Assembly (NCBI GenBank): GCA_040878325.1
Contig: JBBDMM010000006.1
Location: 35,012 to 99,011, forward strand
Origin: Acidimicrobiia bacterium
Lineage (GTDB): Bacteria; Actinomycetota; Acidimicrobiia; Spongiisociales; UBA11373
Reading direction: 5' to 3'
Length of the DNA stretch: 64,000 bases
This document shows, in pieces, positions 55,455 through 64,000 of the stretch. Position 1 is the stretch's first letter, and each line of letters opens with the position of its first letter. The notes beneath the pieces were generated by a model. That model was not told the DNA's origin. It saw only the letters and a list, made by a program, of their open reading frames with translations, and searched no databases. The position numbers and the translations under genes were made by a program.

Positions 55455-55669
55455 TGCAAGGGCATGCTGCCGCCATCCTGTGGCGATGCGGTCCTGCAAG
55501 TTCTGACCAACGCTGAACGGCCGGCCCTTTCTCCCCGAATCCCATCAACGGGCACCGCTAACTTGGACGCACGAGCTACGAACTGATCCGCGCACTTACG
55601 CCGAGAACACTACCTCCGCGTGTCCTGATAGGACAGGAAGCTGGGAGCAAGAGGCCACCAAAAGGGGTT

Positions 55670-57061
55670 TCAATGTAGCCGCTCGCTGACCACTTTCAAC
55701 TGGGTAAACTCCTCCAACCCAAGTTGTCCATACTCAACGCCCATACCCGACGATTTCACGCCGCCGAACGGGACGTCATGAGAAAGTTCGCCATGAGTGT
55801 TTACCCACACTGTGCCGACCTTTAGGCGCGACGCGACCTTCTGTGCTAAGGCGCCGTTGCCCGTCCAAACCGATGCCCCGAGGCCATACGAGGTGGCGTT
55901 CGCCCTTGATACGGCCTCATCGAGGTCAACAAACTCCATCACCGGAAGTGCGGGTCCGAACTGCTCAGTGACCTCTAGCGCTGTGTTTGTGGATGGCTCA
56001 AAGACAATAGTCGGGCGGTAGAAGAACCCGGGCGCGTCGATACGATATCCACCCGCCAGCACTTGACCCCCGGCACTGCGAGCGGTCGCCACTAGCGCGT
56101 CGACCCTGAGGACTTGTCCCTCGATCGTCAGTGGACCCATTTGAGTCCGTGCATCAAGGCCATTGCCTACGATGGTCGCGTCGGCCCGCATCGCCAGACG
56201 GTCGGCCAAACTGCGAGCAATTGATTTGTGGGCATACACTCGCTTCACAGCCGCGCAGAATTGCCCGGCATTGACAAAGGCTGCTGCGAACAGCGCCTCG
56301 GCGACACCGTCGATGTCGACATCTGGAAAGACGATCGCAGCATCATTACCTCCAAGCTCAAGGATCGCCTTCTTCAGATCCCGAGCTGCCGAGACCGCTG
56401 CCGACCGCCCAGCACTTACAGATCCAGTGAGCGACACCATGTCACAGAACCCATGGCTCACAAGACGCTCGCCGAGGGTGTCGCCACCGCTCAGTACGTT
56501 CAGGACACCTGCGGGTAGAAGAGGTGCCAAGGTCTCGCCCATCAATAGCGGCGATAAGGGAGCATGAGGAGATGGCTTTAGCACGACAGTATTGCCTGCG
56601 AGCAAGGCAGGGGCGATTTTGACTACAGCCAGAATGATTGGGTAGTTCCACGGTGTAATCGCACCTACGACCCCCAAGGGCACTCGAAGCATCCGCACGT
56701 ATGAGTCGGGCGTCTTCCGAGCAATTGCAGCTTCCAATTCGAGTCCAGCAATCCAGCCAAACCACTGCGCTGCCAACGTCACCTCGTCCATGGCCTCTCT
56801 CAGTGGCTTACCATTCTCCCTTGTCAGGACTGTGGCAACTTCATCAGCTCGAGCAGCTAGTCCTTCTCCGAGTTCGACTAGTACTGAGCGTCGCTCGTCG
56901 ATTGGCTGCGCAGCCCAGGCGGGCTGTGATGACCGGGCAGAGCGCAGGGCTTCGTCAAGCACTGCCTCGCTAGCCAGCGGCGCTTCTGCGAACGTCTCCC
57001 CGGTTGCCGGGTCGACCACGGGCAGACCCGTACCGCCAACGGACTTGCCGCCGACCGTCAT
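55670..57061 (-). CDS. aldehyde dehydrogenase family protein (low-GC)
   Basis: ALDH signatures ELGGNDA, catalytic FVNAGQFCAAVKRVY, EPTIV... About 463 aa. Confidence 0.85.
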   Translation of the reverse strand: MTVGGKSVGGTGLPVVDPATGETFAEAPLASEAVLDEALRSARSSQPAWAAQPIDERRSVLVELGEGLAARADEVATVLTRENGKPLREAMDEVTLAAQWFGWIAGLELEAAIARKTPDSYVRMLRVPLGVVGAITPWNYPIILAVVKIAPALLAGNTVVLKPSPHAPLSPLLMGETLAPLLPAGVLNVLSGGDTLGERLVSHGFCDMVSLTGSVSAGRSAAVSAARDLKKAILELGGNDAAIVFPDVDIDGVAEALFAAAFVNAGQFCAAVKRVYAHKSIARSLADRLAMRADATIVGNGLDARTQMGPLTIEGQVLRVDALVATARSAGGQVLAGGYRIDAPGFFYRPTIVFEPSTNTALEVTEQFGPALPVMEFVDLDEAVSRANATSYGLGASVWTGNGALAQKVASRLKVGTVWVNTHGELSHDVPFGGVKSSGMGVEYGQLGLEEFTQLKVVSERLH

Positions 57062-57813
57062 ACCTAGAACTAGGTCGAAGCCCACGCCTATGCCCTCCGC
57101 CGCTGCGAGTGTCCCTGAGATTCTCTTCGAACGATGCTACGCGATCCGGCCACCTGGTTGATCGCTGACCGACGGATGGCCGACCTCGAGCGAGCGCACG
57201 CAGGTGAGTGGTTGGGTACCTTGAATGAGGTGGCAATCAGTCTTGTGATTGCGCCCAAGACCGCGTCCATGCGCCCCCGGCGCGTCGGGCGGGAGAACGA
57301 CAGGGAATGCGGCGGGGAGCGGCGTGCCCTGACGTTGGCCCGGAGGCCATGGCCAATACTGGTAGCGTTTTCGGTGATGCGAGGAAGCTCCACGCAAATC
57401 ACCAAACAGGGGACGGACGCCGAGTCGGACTTGGCACGCCGTCGGGATGTGCAGCGAGGCACCAACTTCTGCCGGGCGGTGAAAGCCGCTCTCTGGGTGA
57501 GGCAGCTAGACGAAACAATGCTGCGTGGATCGCGGAAGGAGACCTTCCCGAGGGATGCAACCTGGAGTGCACGGCGGGCCACGGTTGCAGAATCCTCAAC
57601 CCCGACATCCGAAAAGAGTCTGTTCGGAGTAGTCGGTTGTACAAGTTGGCTTTCCCGGGCACCAATCTCGGCGGTGCCGACAGAGATGGCGGCACGTACA
57701 CGTCACCCGCCTTCCGTAACGGCGTCGTTCGATGCGATGCCGTTCTGGACCGAGAGCCGCCCGGGGCTGAGGGTCCGAGCGGAGTGGGCGCTCGATGCCG
57801 GATTGGCCGCCCC

Positions 57814-59286
57814 GTGACGGCCACAGCGTTCCAACGGCTCCAAGGACTGGCTGCCAGCCGGCCCGGCGCAACTGCGATAACTGCCGGCTCGACGCCGGGG
57901 CAGACCATGACCTTTCGAGATCTGGCCGCCACCACCGATAGAATGCGGGACGGGCTCTTTGGTGCCGGAGTGCGAGATGGCGATGCGGTCGTGCTGGTCA
58001 TGGACCGGTCAGCGCAAGCCATCTCTGCATTGCTAGCCATCATGGCATCAGGCATGCGGCCCCTCGCCTTGGACGCCGCGTTCGCCGCTGGGACCGCGGA
58101 CCTCCTCGGAGGAGCCGCCGGGCCGCTCAGGCCCCAGTTAGCGATCGTCCCAGACACTTCGTCCGAGCCAGCCGACCCGGGCCATGTGCGGTACTCGCAG
58201 CTGTCAGCAGGATCGAGGGGCCGCGCCCCGGAGGCCGGCGGCGAGACGATCCTGTACCAACTCACTAGCGGCTCGACGGGCCCTCCGCGTGTGGCCATAA
58301 TCCCCGAGGGAGCTCTGGTGCGCGGCGGCGACCTGTACGCGTCCGCCATCCGAGCGGAGCCGCACGATCAGATCGCCGTCGCGGTGCCTCTCGCCCACTC
58401 CTACGGGTTGGTCGGTTCGCTTTTTACGATGCTCGCGACCGGTGCAGGCATTGTGATTGTCGACGAACCAGGCCCAAGCGCTCTGCTTAGAGCAATCGAC
58501 GACCTTGGCGCCACGGTGCTCTTCGCGGCGCCGATGCTGTATCAGTTACTCGCTGCCACTGGGGAGCGGTCGCGGCCCGGCCTGCGAGCGGCCGTGTCGT
58601 CTGGGGCGACCATGTCCGAAGACGTTGCCGCAGGCGCTCGAGCGAGCCTGGGGACACCGGTGGTCCAGCTGTACGGCACGACGGAGACCGGGTTGATTGC
58701 ATGCCAGCCGCTCGACTCAGCCGTGGGGCGCGACGTGGGGCCGCCCGCGCCTGGCGTCGAGATCGAGCTGGTTACCGACCACCAAACCGGACGCCGACTC
58801 CACGTCCGCACGTCGACGATGTTCCGCGGCTATGTGGGCTACGACCGAGCGGCCGCCCGGTTGCGGCTGGATGGCTTCTATGACACCGGGGACCGGGTAC
58901 TCGTGGAGCCTTCTGGTTCCCTCGTGGTCCTGCCGCGCCAGGACACCTTCATCAATGTGTCCGGAAACAAGGTCAATAGGGCCCGCATCGAGGAGGTGTT
59001 GCGCTCCCAACCTGGCGTAGCGGACGCAATCGCATACGCCGTTCCGGCACCGTTCGGGGCCGGGCAGCAGGCATGGGCCGCGGTCGAACTGATCGACCCA
59101 GCGTGTGCCGATGAAGCGCTCCTTACAGCCGGGTGCCGCGATCGCCTCGCCGCCTTTGAGGTGCCCACAGCGATCTGGATACTCCCGAGCCTGCCCCGCA
59201 CCTACACGGGAAAGGTCGACGTGAACCGTCTGCCCGCGCCCGGCGCGAGCCAGATCACATCCGAGCCGCTGGGGAAGTCGCCGTGA
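57814..59286 (+). CDS. AMP-dependent synthetase/ligase (adenylating enzyme); GTG start inferred
   Basis: A3 motif LTSGSTGPPRV, A5 YGTTETG, A8-like FRGYVGYD, A10 PRTYTGKVD. Confidence 0.8.
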   Translation: MTATAFQRLQGLAASRPGATAITAGSTPGQTMTFRDLAATTDRMRDGLFGAGVRDGDAVVLVMDRSAQAISALLAIMASGMRPLALDAAFAAGTADLLGGAAGPLRPQLAIVPDTSSEPADPGHVRYSQLSAGSRGRAPEAGGETILYQLTSGSTGPPRVAIIPEGALVRGGDLYASAIRAEPHDQIAVAVPLAHSYGLVGSLFTMLATGAGIVIVDEPGPSALLRAIDDLGATVLFAAPMLYQLLAATGERSRPGLRAAVSSGATMSEDVAAGARASLGTPVVQLYGTTETGLIACQPLDSAVGRDVGPPAPGVEIELVTDHQTGRRLHVRTSTMFRGYVGYDRAAARLRLDGFYDTGDRVLVEPSGSLVVLPRQDTFINVSGNKVNRARIEEVLRSQPGVADAIAYAVPAPFGAGQQAWAAVELIDPACADEALLTAGCRDRLAAFEVPTAIWILPSLPRTYTGKVDVNRLPAPGASQITSEPLGKSP

Positions 59287-60440
59287 GCAAGGGCCGCATC
59301 TCCCTCGCCGACCCGGACGTGGGGAAAGCCGAAGCGCGGGCCGTGTACAAAGTGGTCTCGTCCGGGTGGATCTCGGCAGGCCGAATCACTGCGGGAATGG
59401 AAGAGGATCTGGCCTTGAAGATCGGGGCCCCCGGAGTCGTGCTGGTCAGCAGTGGCACCGCAGCTCTCCACCTGGCGCTACTCGTCGCCGGTGTCGGGCC
59501 GGGCGACGAGGTCCTGGTGCCGTCGATGTCGTTTGTCGCCAGCGCGTCCACGGTCGTGATGGTCGGAGCGACCCCCCGGTTCGTCGACGTGGCAGGCCTC
59601 GCCGAGCCGAACCTCGATCCGACGGCGGTGGCCGAGGCCATCACCGAGCGCACCAGGGCGGTTCTCGTCACGCATCTCGCCGGGTTCCCGGCCCGGGTCG
59701 ACGCCCTGCGCAACATCACCGACGAGGCCGGCGTCGAATTGATAGAGGATTGCGCACATGCGCCGCTCGTGTCCTACGGCGGCCGCCAACTCGGCACGTT
59801 CGGGCGCCTCGGCGTACTCAGCTTCCACACGACAAAGTCAATCAGCATGGGAGAGGGGGGAGCGATCGTGTGTCGAGACACCAGCGACGCTGACCATGCC
59901 CGTCTGCTGCGAAACCACGGCCTCCAGCGCGATGACGCCACTTTCGCATACGACGTCGCAACCCTGGGCTTCAACTACAGGCCCAGCGAGGTCGCCGCTG
60001 CCGTCGGCAGGGTCCAGCTGGACCGGCTTGCCGACGACCGGGACCACCGCAGAGAGTTACGCACGCTCTACGAGTCGCGTCTCGGCGTCCTTCCAGGAGT
60101 CAACCTGCCCTTCGCCGGCTGGCAGGGCGACTCCGCCCACCATCTGCTCCCAGTAGTCCTACCACCCTACGTGGACCGCGATGCCGTCCGTCGCCATCTC
60201 CTAGCCGTCGGCATAGAGAGTGGTGTTCATTACCCACCGATCCACGAATTAACCCAATACCGGCAGGCTCCTCAGGAACCACTCGCCGCCACGGTGGCGT
60301 ACGGCAGGCAGCACCTCACCCTACCCCTCCATCGCCGGGTGACACGTTCCGACGTGGCCACCGTCGCTGACGCCCTCGGTGTCGCCCTGAAGCTTGAGTC
60401 CGGTGGCCGCGAAGCCCCGGTGCGGGGTCCAGCGGTATGA
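59283..60440 (+). CDS. DegT/DnrJ/EryC1/StrS family sugar aminotransferase (PLP-dependent)
   Basis: Collinear with DegT family. Lys in SFHTTKSISMGEGG. GTGA overlap with the ligase gene. Confidence 0.85.
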   Translation: MSKGRISLADPDVGKAEARAVYKVVSSGWISAGRITAGMEEDLALKIGAPGVVLVSSGTAALHLALLVAGVGPGDEVLVPSMSFVASASTVVMVGATPRFVDVAGLAEPNLDPTAVAEAITERTRAVLVTHLAGFPARVDALRNITDEAGVELIEDCAHAPLVSYGGRQLGTFGRLGVLSFHTTKSISMGEGGAIVCRDTSDADHARLLRNHGLQRDDATFAYDVATLGFNYRPSEVAAAVGRVQLDRLADDRDHRRELRTLYESRLGVLPGVNLPFAGWQGDSAHHLLPVVLPPYVDRDAVRRHLLAVGIESGVHYPPIHELTQYRQAPQEPLAATVAYGRQHLTLPLHRRVTRSDVATVADALGVALKLESGGREAPVRGPAV

Positions 60441-60464
60441 TTTGCCAGAACACCACGCAGGCAG

Positions 60465-61271
60465 GTGCCAATGTCCGGGCCAATCGAGGTTACGTCAAGA
60501 GAAGGAGTCCGCTCGGAGTTGGGGGAACGCGGCTTCGCCTTCGTGGACGCCGCCCGCTACCACGTGCCGCCGTCTCTCCAGCCATCACTCGCGGAGTTGG
60601 CGGGTGCCTTCGACCGGCTTGAGCCGGACGCCTATCTCCGCGACGGTGCTCGCTTCCGGCAGCGCCGGTACGGGCGCTTCTTGCTGGGTCACGAGGGGTG
60701 GCTGCAAGACCTCCCGACTGCCCCCTACTTCCAAACAGCCGAGCACAACTCGTACGCTGGGGGCATCCCGCGCCGGATCGCCGATCTCGAACCAGCGACG
60801 AGACGCAACGAAATGCTCGCCCGCTTGATCCGCTTCGACGCATCGGTCTTCGAGACCCAGATCCAAGGGCCATTCGATCACTGGCGGGTTGAGGTGCACC
60901 TGTTTCGGGTCTGGGCCCGCTGGGACGAGCCGGGCCTGCCCACGCCCGAAGGCGTGCATCGCGACGGGAACGACTTCTTCGCCGTGCACCTCCTGCGTCG
61001 GGAAGCGGTGCGGGGCGGCGAGACGACCGTCTACGACCCCAGCTCACACCCTCTCCGGACACGGACCCTTCGCGAGCCTCTCGACACGCTCCTGGTCAAC
61101 GACCGCGAGGTGCTGCACGGCGTGAGCCCAATCGTCCCAGCGGACGACCGGAAGCCCGGCCACCGCGACGTTGCGGTCATCGACTTCTTTGTGATCCGGG
61201 ACCCACGCCGACTTCGATCGGGACTGGCAACCGATCCGACGGCACAGGTACCCACGAGTCATGCGCAGTGA
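60465..61271 (+). CDS. 2OG-Fe(II) dioxygenase family protein (PF10014-like)
   Basis: HxD in GVHRDGNDFFAVHLL and a distal His in VLHGVSP. About 268 aa, typical of this family. Confidence 0.5.
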   Translation: MPMSGPIEVTSREGVRSELGERGFAFVDAARYHVPPSLQPSLAELAGAFDRLEPDAYLRDGARFRQRRYGRFLLGHEGWLQDLPTAPYFQTAEHNSYAGGIPRRIADLEPATRRNEMLARLIRFDASVFETQIQGPFDHWRVEVHLFRVWARWDEPGLPTPEGVHRDGNDFFAVHLLRREAVRGGETTVYDPSSHPLRTRTLREPLDTLLVNDREVLHGVSPIVPADDRKPGHRDVAVIDFFVIRDPRRLRSGLATDPTAQVPTSHAQ

Positions 61272-62590
61272 GAGGACTGCGCGACGACCAAGGGGGCGCA
61301 AGTGCCAACTCCTCGCCTGACGCGCTCGTGGTCGGCCTCGGATACGCGGGGCTCGCCTTCACGGCGGCGCTCCTCGACGCAGGCCTCAGAGTCGCGGGGC
61401 TGGATATCGACGCTGAGCTTGTCGGCCGGCTCCAGGAGGGCAGGGAAGGACACGAGCCTGGCGTGTCCCGAGCGCTTGAGAGCGGAAGGGGGCGGCTTGC
61501 CCTGGACACCTCTCTCCCGGACAGTCCGCCGCCCGTGGTCGTCGTTTGCGTCGGGACCCCTTTTGACCGCGCCCGCGGTGTGCCCGACCTCTCCGACCTC
61601 CACTCGGCAATAGACGTGCTCGCACCGAGGCTAACGCCGGAGCACCTGGTGGTACTGCGGTCGACGCTACCTATCGGCGGATCCGACGCCATCGGAGGTC
61701 GACTCGAGGCCGCGGCTGGCGTTGCGCCGCTCCTGGCCTACTGCCCTGATCGAAGCATTCAGGGAACCGCCGTCGCCGAGATCCGGAACCTGCCGCAAGT
61801 AATCGGTGGTTCCTCTCCGGCCGCCGTAACCGCCGCGACACGCTTTTTCGCGCGACTGACCCCGTCAGTGTTGCCGATGTCCTCGCTTCGTGCTGCCGAG
61901 TTCGTCAAGCTCGCCAACAACAGCCACACCGACGTCCTCTACGCGTTCGGGAACGAGATGGCCTTCGCCGCAGAGGGTCTCGGCCTGGACGTGGGCGAGA
62001 TCCTGAACGCAACCAACCGCGACTACCCGCGACCCGACCTGGCTGGCCCGGGATGGGTGGGAGGAAGCTGTCTCACGAAGGATCCCCTCGCCTTCGGCTG
62101 GAGCGCCCAGGAGGCGGGGGTGCAGCTGACGCTGGTCCCTACGGCGCGAGCAATCAACGAGCAGCTCGCAACTAGGGCGGCCGACTTCGTCACGAGCCGG
62201 TTGGGCAACCTGAACCGCGGCGGCACCGTGCTTCTCGCCGGAGTCGCCTACAAGGGCCGGCCCGAGACCGATGACACTCGCGGGGGTGCCGCCGCGGCCA
62301 TCAAGGCCGTGATGGCCGACGCCCCGTGGTCCTTCCTGGGTCACGACTTCGTCGTTCCGCCGCTGCGGCTCCAAGCGCTTGGCCTTGTACCCGTCCCGCT
62401 TGAGGAAGGCGTCGCCAAGGCGGACGCCGTCATCTTCTGTAACGACCACCCACGCTACGCGGAACGACTTGACGTCCGCGACGCCAGCGAGTGGCTGGTG
62501 GGCAAGCCCGTGTACGACGTGTGGGGAGTGGTTCCCGACGGGCTGACCGCCCGCCTCGGCAGCGACTACCGAAGGCTCGGCCATGGCTAA
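61268..62590 (+). CDS. nucleotide-sugar dehydrogenase (UDP-glucose/GDP-mannose dehydrogenase family)
   Basis: ALVVGLGYAGL Rossmann. Catalytic GGSCLTKD. C-terminal UDP-binding AYKG...DDTR. Confidence 0.85.
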   Translation: MRGLRDDQGGASANSSPDALVVGLGYAGLAFTAALLDAGLRVAGLDIDAELVGRLQEGREGHEPGVSRALESGRGRLALDTSLPDSPPPVVVVCVGTPFDRARGVPDLSDLHSAIDVLAPRLTPEHLVVLRSTLPIGGSDAIGGRLEAAAGVAPLLAYCPDRSIQGTAVAEIRNLPQVIGGSSPAAVTAATRFFARLTPSVLPMSSLRAAEFVKLANNSHTDVLYAFGNEMAFAAEGLGLDVGEILNATNRDYPRPDLAGPGWVGGSCLTKDPLAFGWSAQEAGVQLTLVPTARAINEQLATRAADFVTSRLGNLNRGGTVLLAGVAYKGRPETDDTRGGAAAAIKAVMADAPWSFLGHDFVVPPLRLQALGLVPVPLEEGVAKADAVIFCNDHPRYAERLDVRDASEWLVGKPVYDVWGVVPDGLTARLGSDYRRLGHG

Positions 62591-63551
62591 GCCGGTACTG
62601 GTGACCGGAGGCGCCGGGTTCATCGGCCTCCACCTCGTCGACCGCCTCGTCGCAGAGGGTGCCGAGGTCGTAGTCGTGGACGACTTCCGGAGAGGTCGCC
62701 AGGATCGCCTCTTCGAGGCGGTAGCGGCCCCGTGCCGGGTCGTTGAGGCGGACCTAGCCGACCGCCACTCGCTCGCCCCGCTTGGCGAGTTCGGCGACGT
62801 CTACCACCTGGCCGCCTCGGTCGGCGCCGCGCTCGTCACCTGGAACCCCGCGGAGGTCCTGCGCAACAACGTGTTGTCGACGGTGCACGTCCTTGACCAC
62901 GCCGCGGCAGGCGGCGCTGACCGGGTCTGGTTAGCCTCGACGAGCGAGGTATACGCGGCGTCGGTGGAGCGCGGCTTGGCCTCGGTCCCGACGGCGGAGA
63001 CCGTCCCCGTTCTGTTCGAAGCGAGGTATCAGCCGCGCTCGGCGTACGCGGTCAGCAAGCATGTCGGCGAGCAGCTGGCTCACGCCTTCCGCCATCAGCA
63101 CGGCCTCCAGGTGGTGGCTTGCCGTTTTCACAACGTCTACGGGCCGCGTATGGGCCACGACCACGTCATCCCCCAGCTCGTAGCCCGGATCCTGGACCGG
63201 GTGGATCCGTTCCCCGTGTACGGCGACCAGCGACGGTCATACTGCTATGTCGACGATGCGCTCAACATGCTCCTCCAGCTCCGCGACGTTCCGAACCCGC
63301 CTGTTGTAGTAAACATCGGCAACGGCGACGAAGAGATCTCCGCTGCGGATCTCGCTCGCCGCTTGTTTGTGGTTGCAGGGTGGTCGGCATCGGTCGAGGT
63401 GCACCCGGCGCCGCCCGGGTCGCCCGATCGGCGCTGCCCCGACATCGGGCTTGCTGCAGAGCTGACGGGCCTTAGGCCGGCCTGGCCCCTCGACAAGGGT
63501 CTCGAAGAGACATTCGCCTGGTATCGGCACGAAGCGGGAGCGCCTGCATGA
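62583..63551 (+). CDS. NAD-dependent epimerase/dehydratase (extended SDR)
   Basis: VLVTGGAGFIGLHLVDRL and YAVSKHVGE (YxxxK). Confidence 0.85.
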   Translation: MAKPVLVTGGAGFIGLHLVDRLVAEGAEVVVVDDFRRGRQDRLFEAVAAPCRVVEADLADRHSLAPLGEFGDVYHLAASVGAALVTWNPAEVLRNNVLSTVHVLDHAAAGGADRVWLASTSEVYAASVERGLASVPTAETVPVLFEARYQPRSAYAVSKHVGEQLAHAFRHQHGLQVVACRFHNVYGPRMGHDHVIPQLVARILDRVDPFPVYGDQRRSYCYVDDALNMLLQLRDVPNPPVVVNIGNGDEEISAADLARRLFVVAGWSASVEVHPAPPGSPDRRCPDIGLAAELTGLRPAWPLDKGLEETFAWYRHEAGAPA

Positions 63552-64000
63552 AGGTGCTCATCGGCACCGCGGGCTACGGGACCATCCGGTCGGGCGCCGA
63601 CCGGATGGTCGGCGACTTGGCACGCTTTCTTGCGGCGCGAGGGAACAGGGTTCTCGTCGCCTGCCGCAACGGAACAGTACTGCACTTGGACCTCGAGGCC
63701 ACCGCGGTCGAGTGGGTCGAGGGCACGGCCGTCGACTGCGCTGAGGCCGGTCTAGCGTGGCAGCCAGACGTCTGGCATCTGCTCGACCTCGCCCACGCCC
63801 GCTTCCTCGATGCCATGTTGGAGGTCGGACGGTCGTTGGTAGTGCCGGTCGTGGTGACGCCTGCATCGGATCCGGCAGTGTGGGACGACGAGAACGCCGC
63901 GTGCCGGGTCCTCGGCCGCGCCGATCGGGTGCTGGCGCTCACCCGGGCGGAGGCGGCAGCCGTCAGCCAGCTGTGCCAACCGGCCTCGGAGCCGCAGATC
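63548..64000 (+). CDS. glycosyltransferase (GT4-like N-terminal domain), 3' partial at window end; ATGA overlap with the upstream gene
   Basis: MKVLIGTAGYGTIRSGADRMVGDLARFLAARGNRVLV is a typical GT-B N-terminus. Absent from the ORF track because no stop lies in the window. Confidence 0.5.
   Translation, partial: MKVLIGTAGYGTIRSGADRMVGDLARFLAARGNRVLVACRNGTVLHLDLEATAVEWVEGTAVDCAEAGLAWQPDVWHLLDLAHARFLDAMLEVGRSLVVPVVVTPASDPAVWDDENAACRVLGRADRVLALTRAEAAAVSQLCQPASEPQI

Noticed and set aside
57134-57817. 227-aa ORF, the antisense ORF 57088-57582 and the 57307 in-frame extension of the ligase
   Set aside because: No domain signal and R-rich composition, with mutual overlaps. Region kept as an unexplained about 750-bp gap rather than called as genes.

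Overview
This 64 kb window is high-GC (about 68-72 %) and actinobacterial-type: it carries a bS22 ribosomal protein gene, an F420-dependent LLM oxidoreductase, LuxR/NarL-type two-component pairs and many GTG starts. Most six-frame ORFs are antisense or out-of-frame artefacts of the GC content. About 70 features are supported. The window falls into four blocks.

Block 1 (1-10.6 kb, mostly minus strand) is a cell-envelope glycopolymer operon. It encodes an ABC-2 exporter (TagG/TagH-like), a nucleotidyltransferase, an sn-glycerol-1-phosphate dehydrogenase (AraM/EgsA family), a CDP-alcohol phosphatidyltransferase, a GT2 glycosyltransferase, a UDP-sugar dehydrogenase and an L,D-transpeptidase. Dps and a response-regulator fragment lie nearby.

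Block 2 (10.6-50.7 kb) is housekeeping and metabolism. It includes ALDH7/piperideine-6-carboxylate dehydrogenase with RidA, VOC proteins, HIT, PAC2, a crotonase, a class V aminotransferase, bS22, a glutamine amidotransferase, an SDR, an AlkZ/YcaQ-like protein and DinB. It also includes thrB, two ABC-2 transporters, PhzF, tRNA-Gly(CCC), dcd, an alpha/beta hydrolase, GT4 and the F420 LLM enzyme. A TasA-like protein sits next to a SipW-type signal peptidase fused to a second SipW-cognate-signal domain. Further along are MmsA, an adenylyl cyclase-AAA-TPR protein, an amidohydrolase, a NarL-type HK/RR pair and a cupredoxin lipoprotein. ChrA, an SGNH hydrolase (with a degraded paralog) and a frameshifted kynureninase complete the block.

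Block 3 (about 50.7-57.3 kb) is a compositionally distinct, lower-GC island. It encodes a MORC-like GHKL ATPase fused to an Mrr-type PD-(D/E)xK nuclease, a translationally coupled DNA methyltransferase and an APH-fold kinase. A 26-bp tandem duplication sits at the methyltransferase-kinase junction. An aldehyde dehydrogenase follows.

Block 4 (57.8-64 kb) is a nucleotide-sugar modification operon: an AMP-ligase, a DegT aminotransferase, a PF10014-like 2OG-Fe dioxygenase, a nucleotide-sugar dehydrogenase, an SDR epimerase/dehydratase and a GT4.

A family of short heptanucleotide tandem-repeat arrays (CGCAATY-like, GCAGGTG, GGGAGGC, GGAGACT, CTACCCG) is confined to intergenic regions across the window. 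Several arrays form palindromic composites. No CRISPR array, rRNA or obvious transposase was found.
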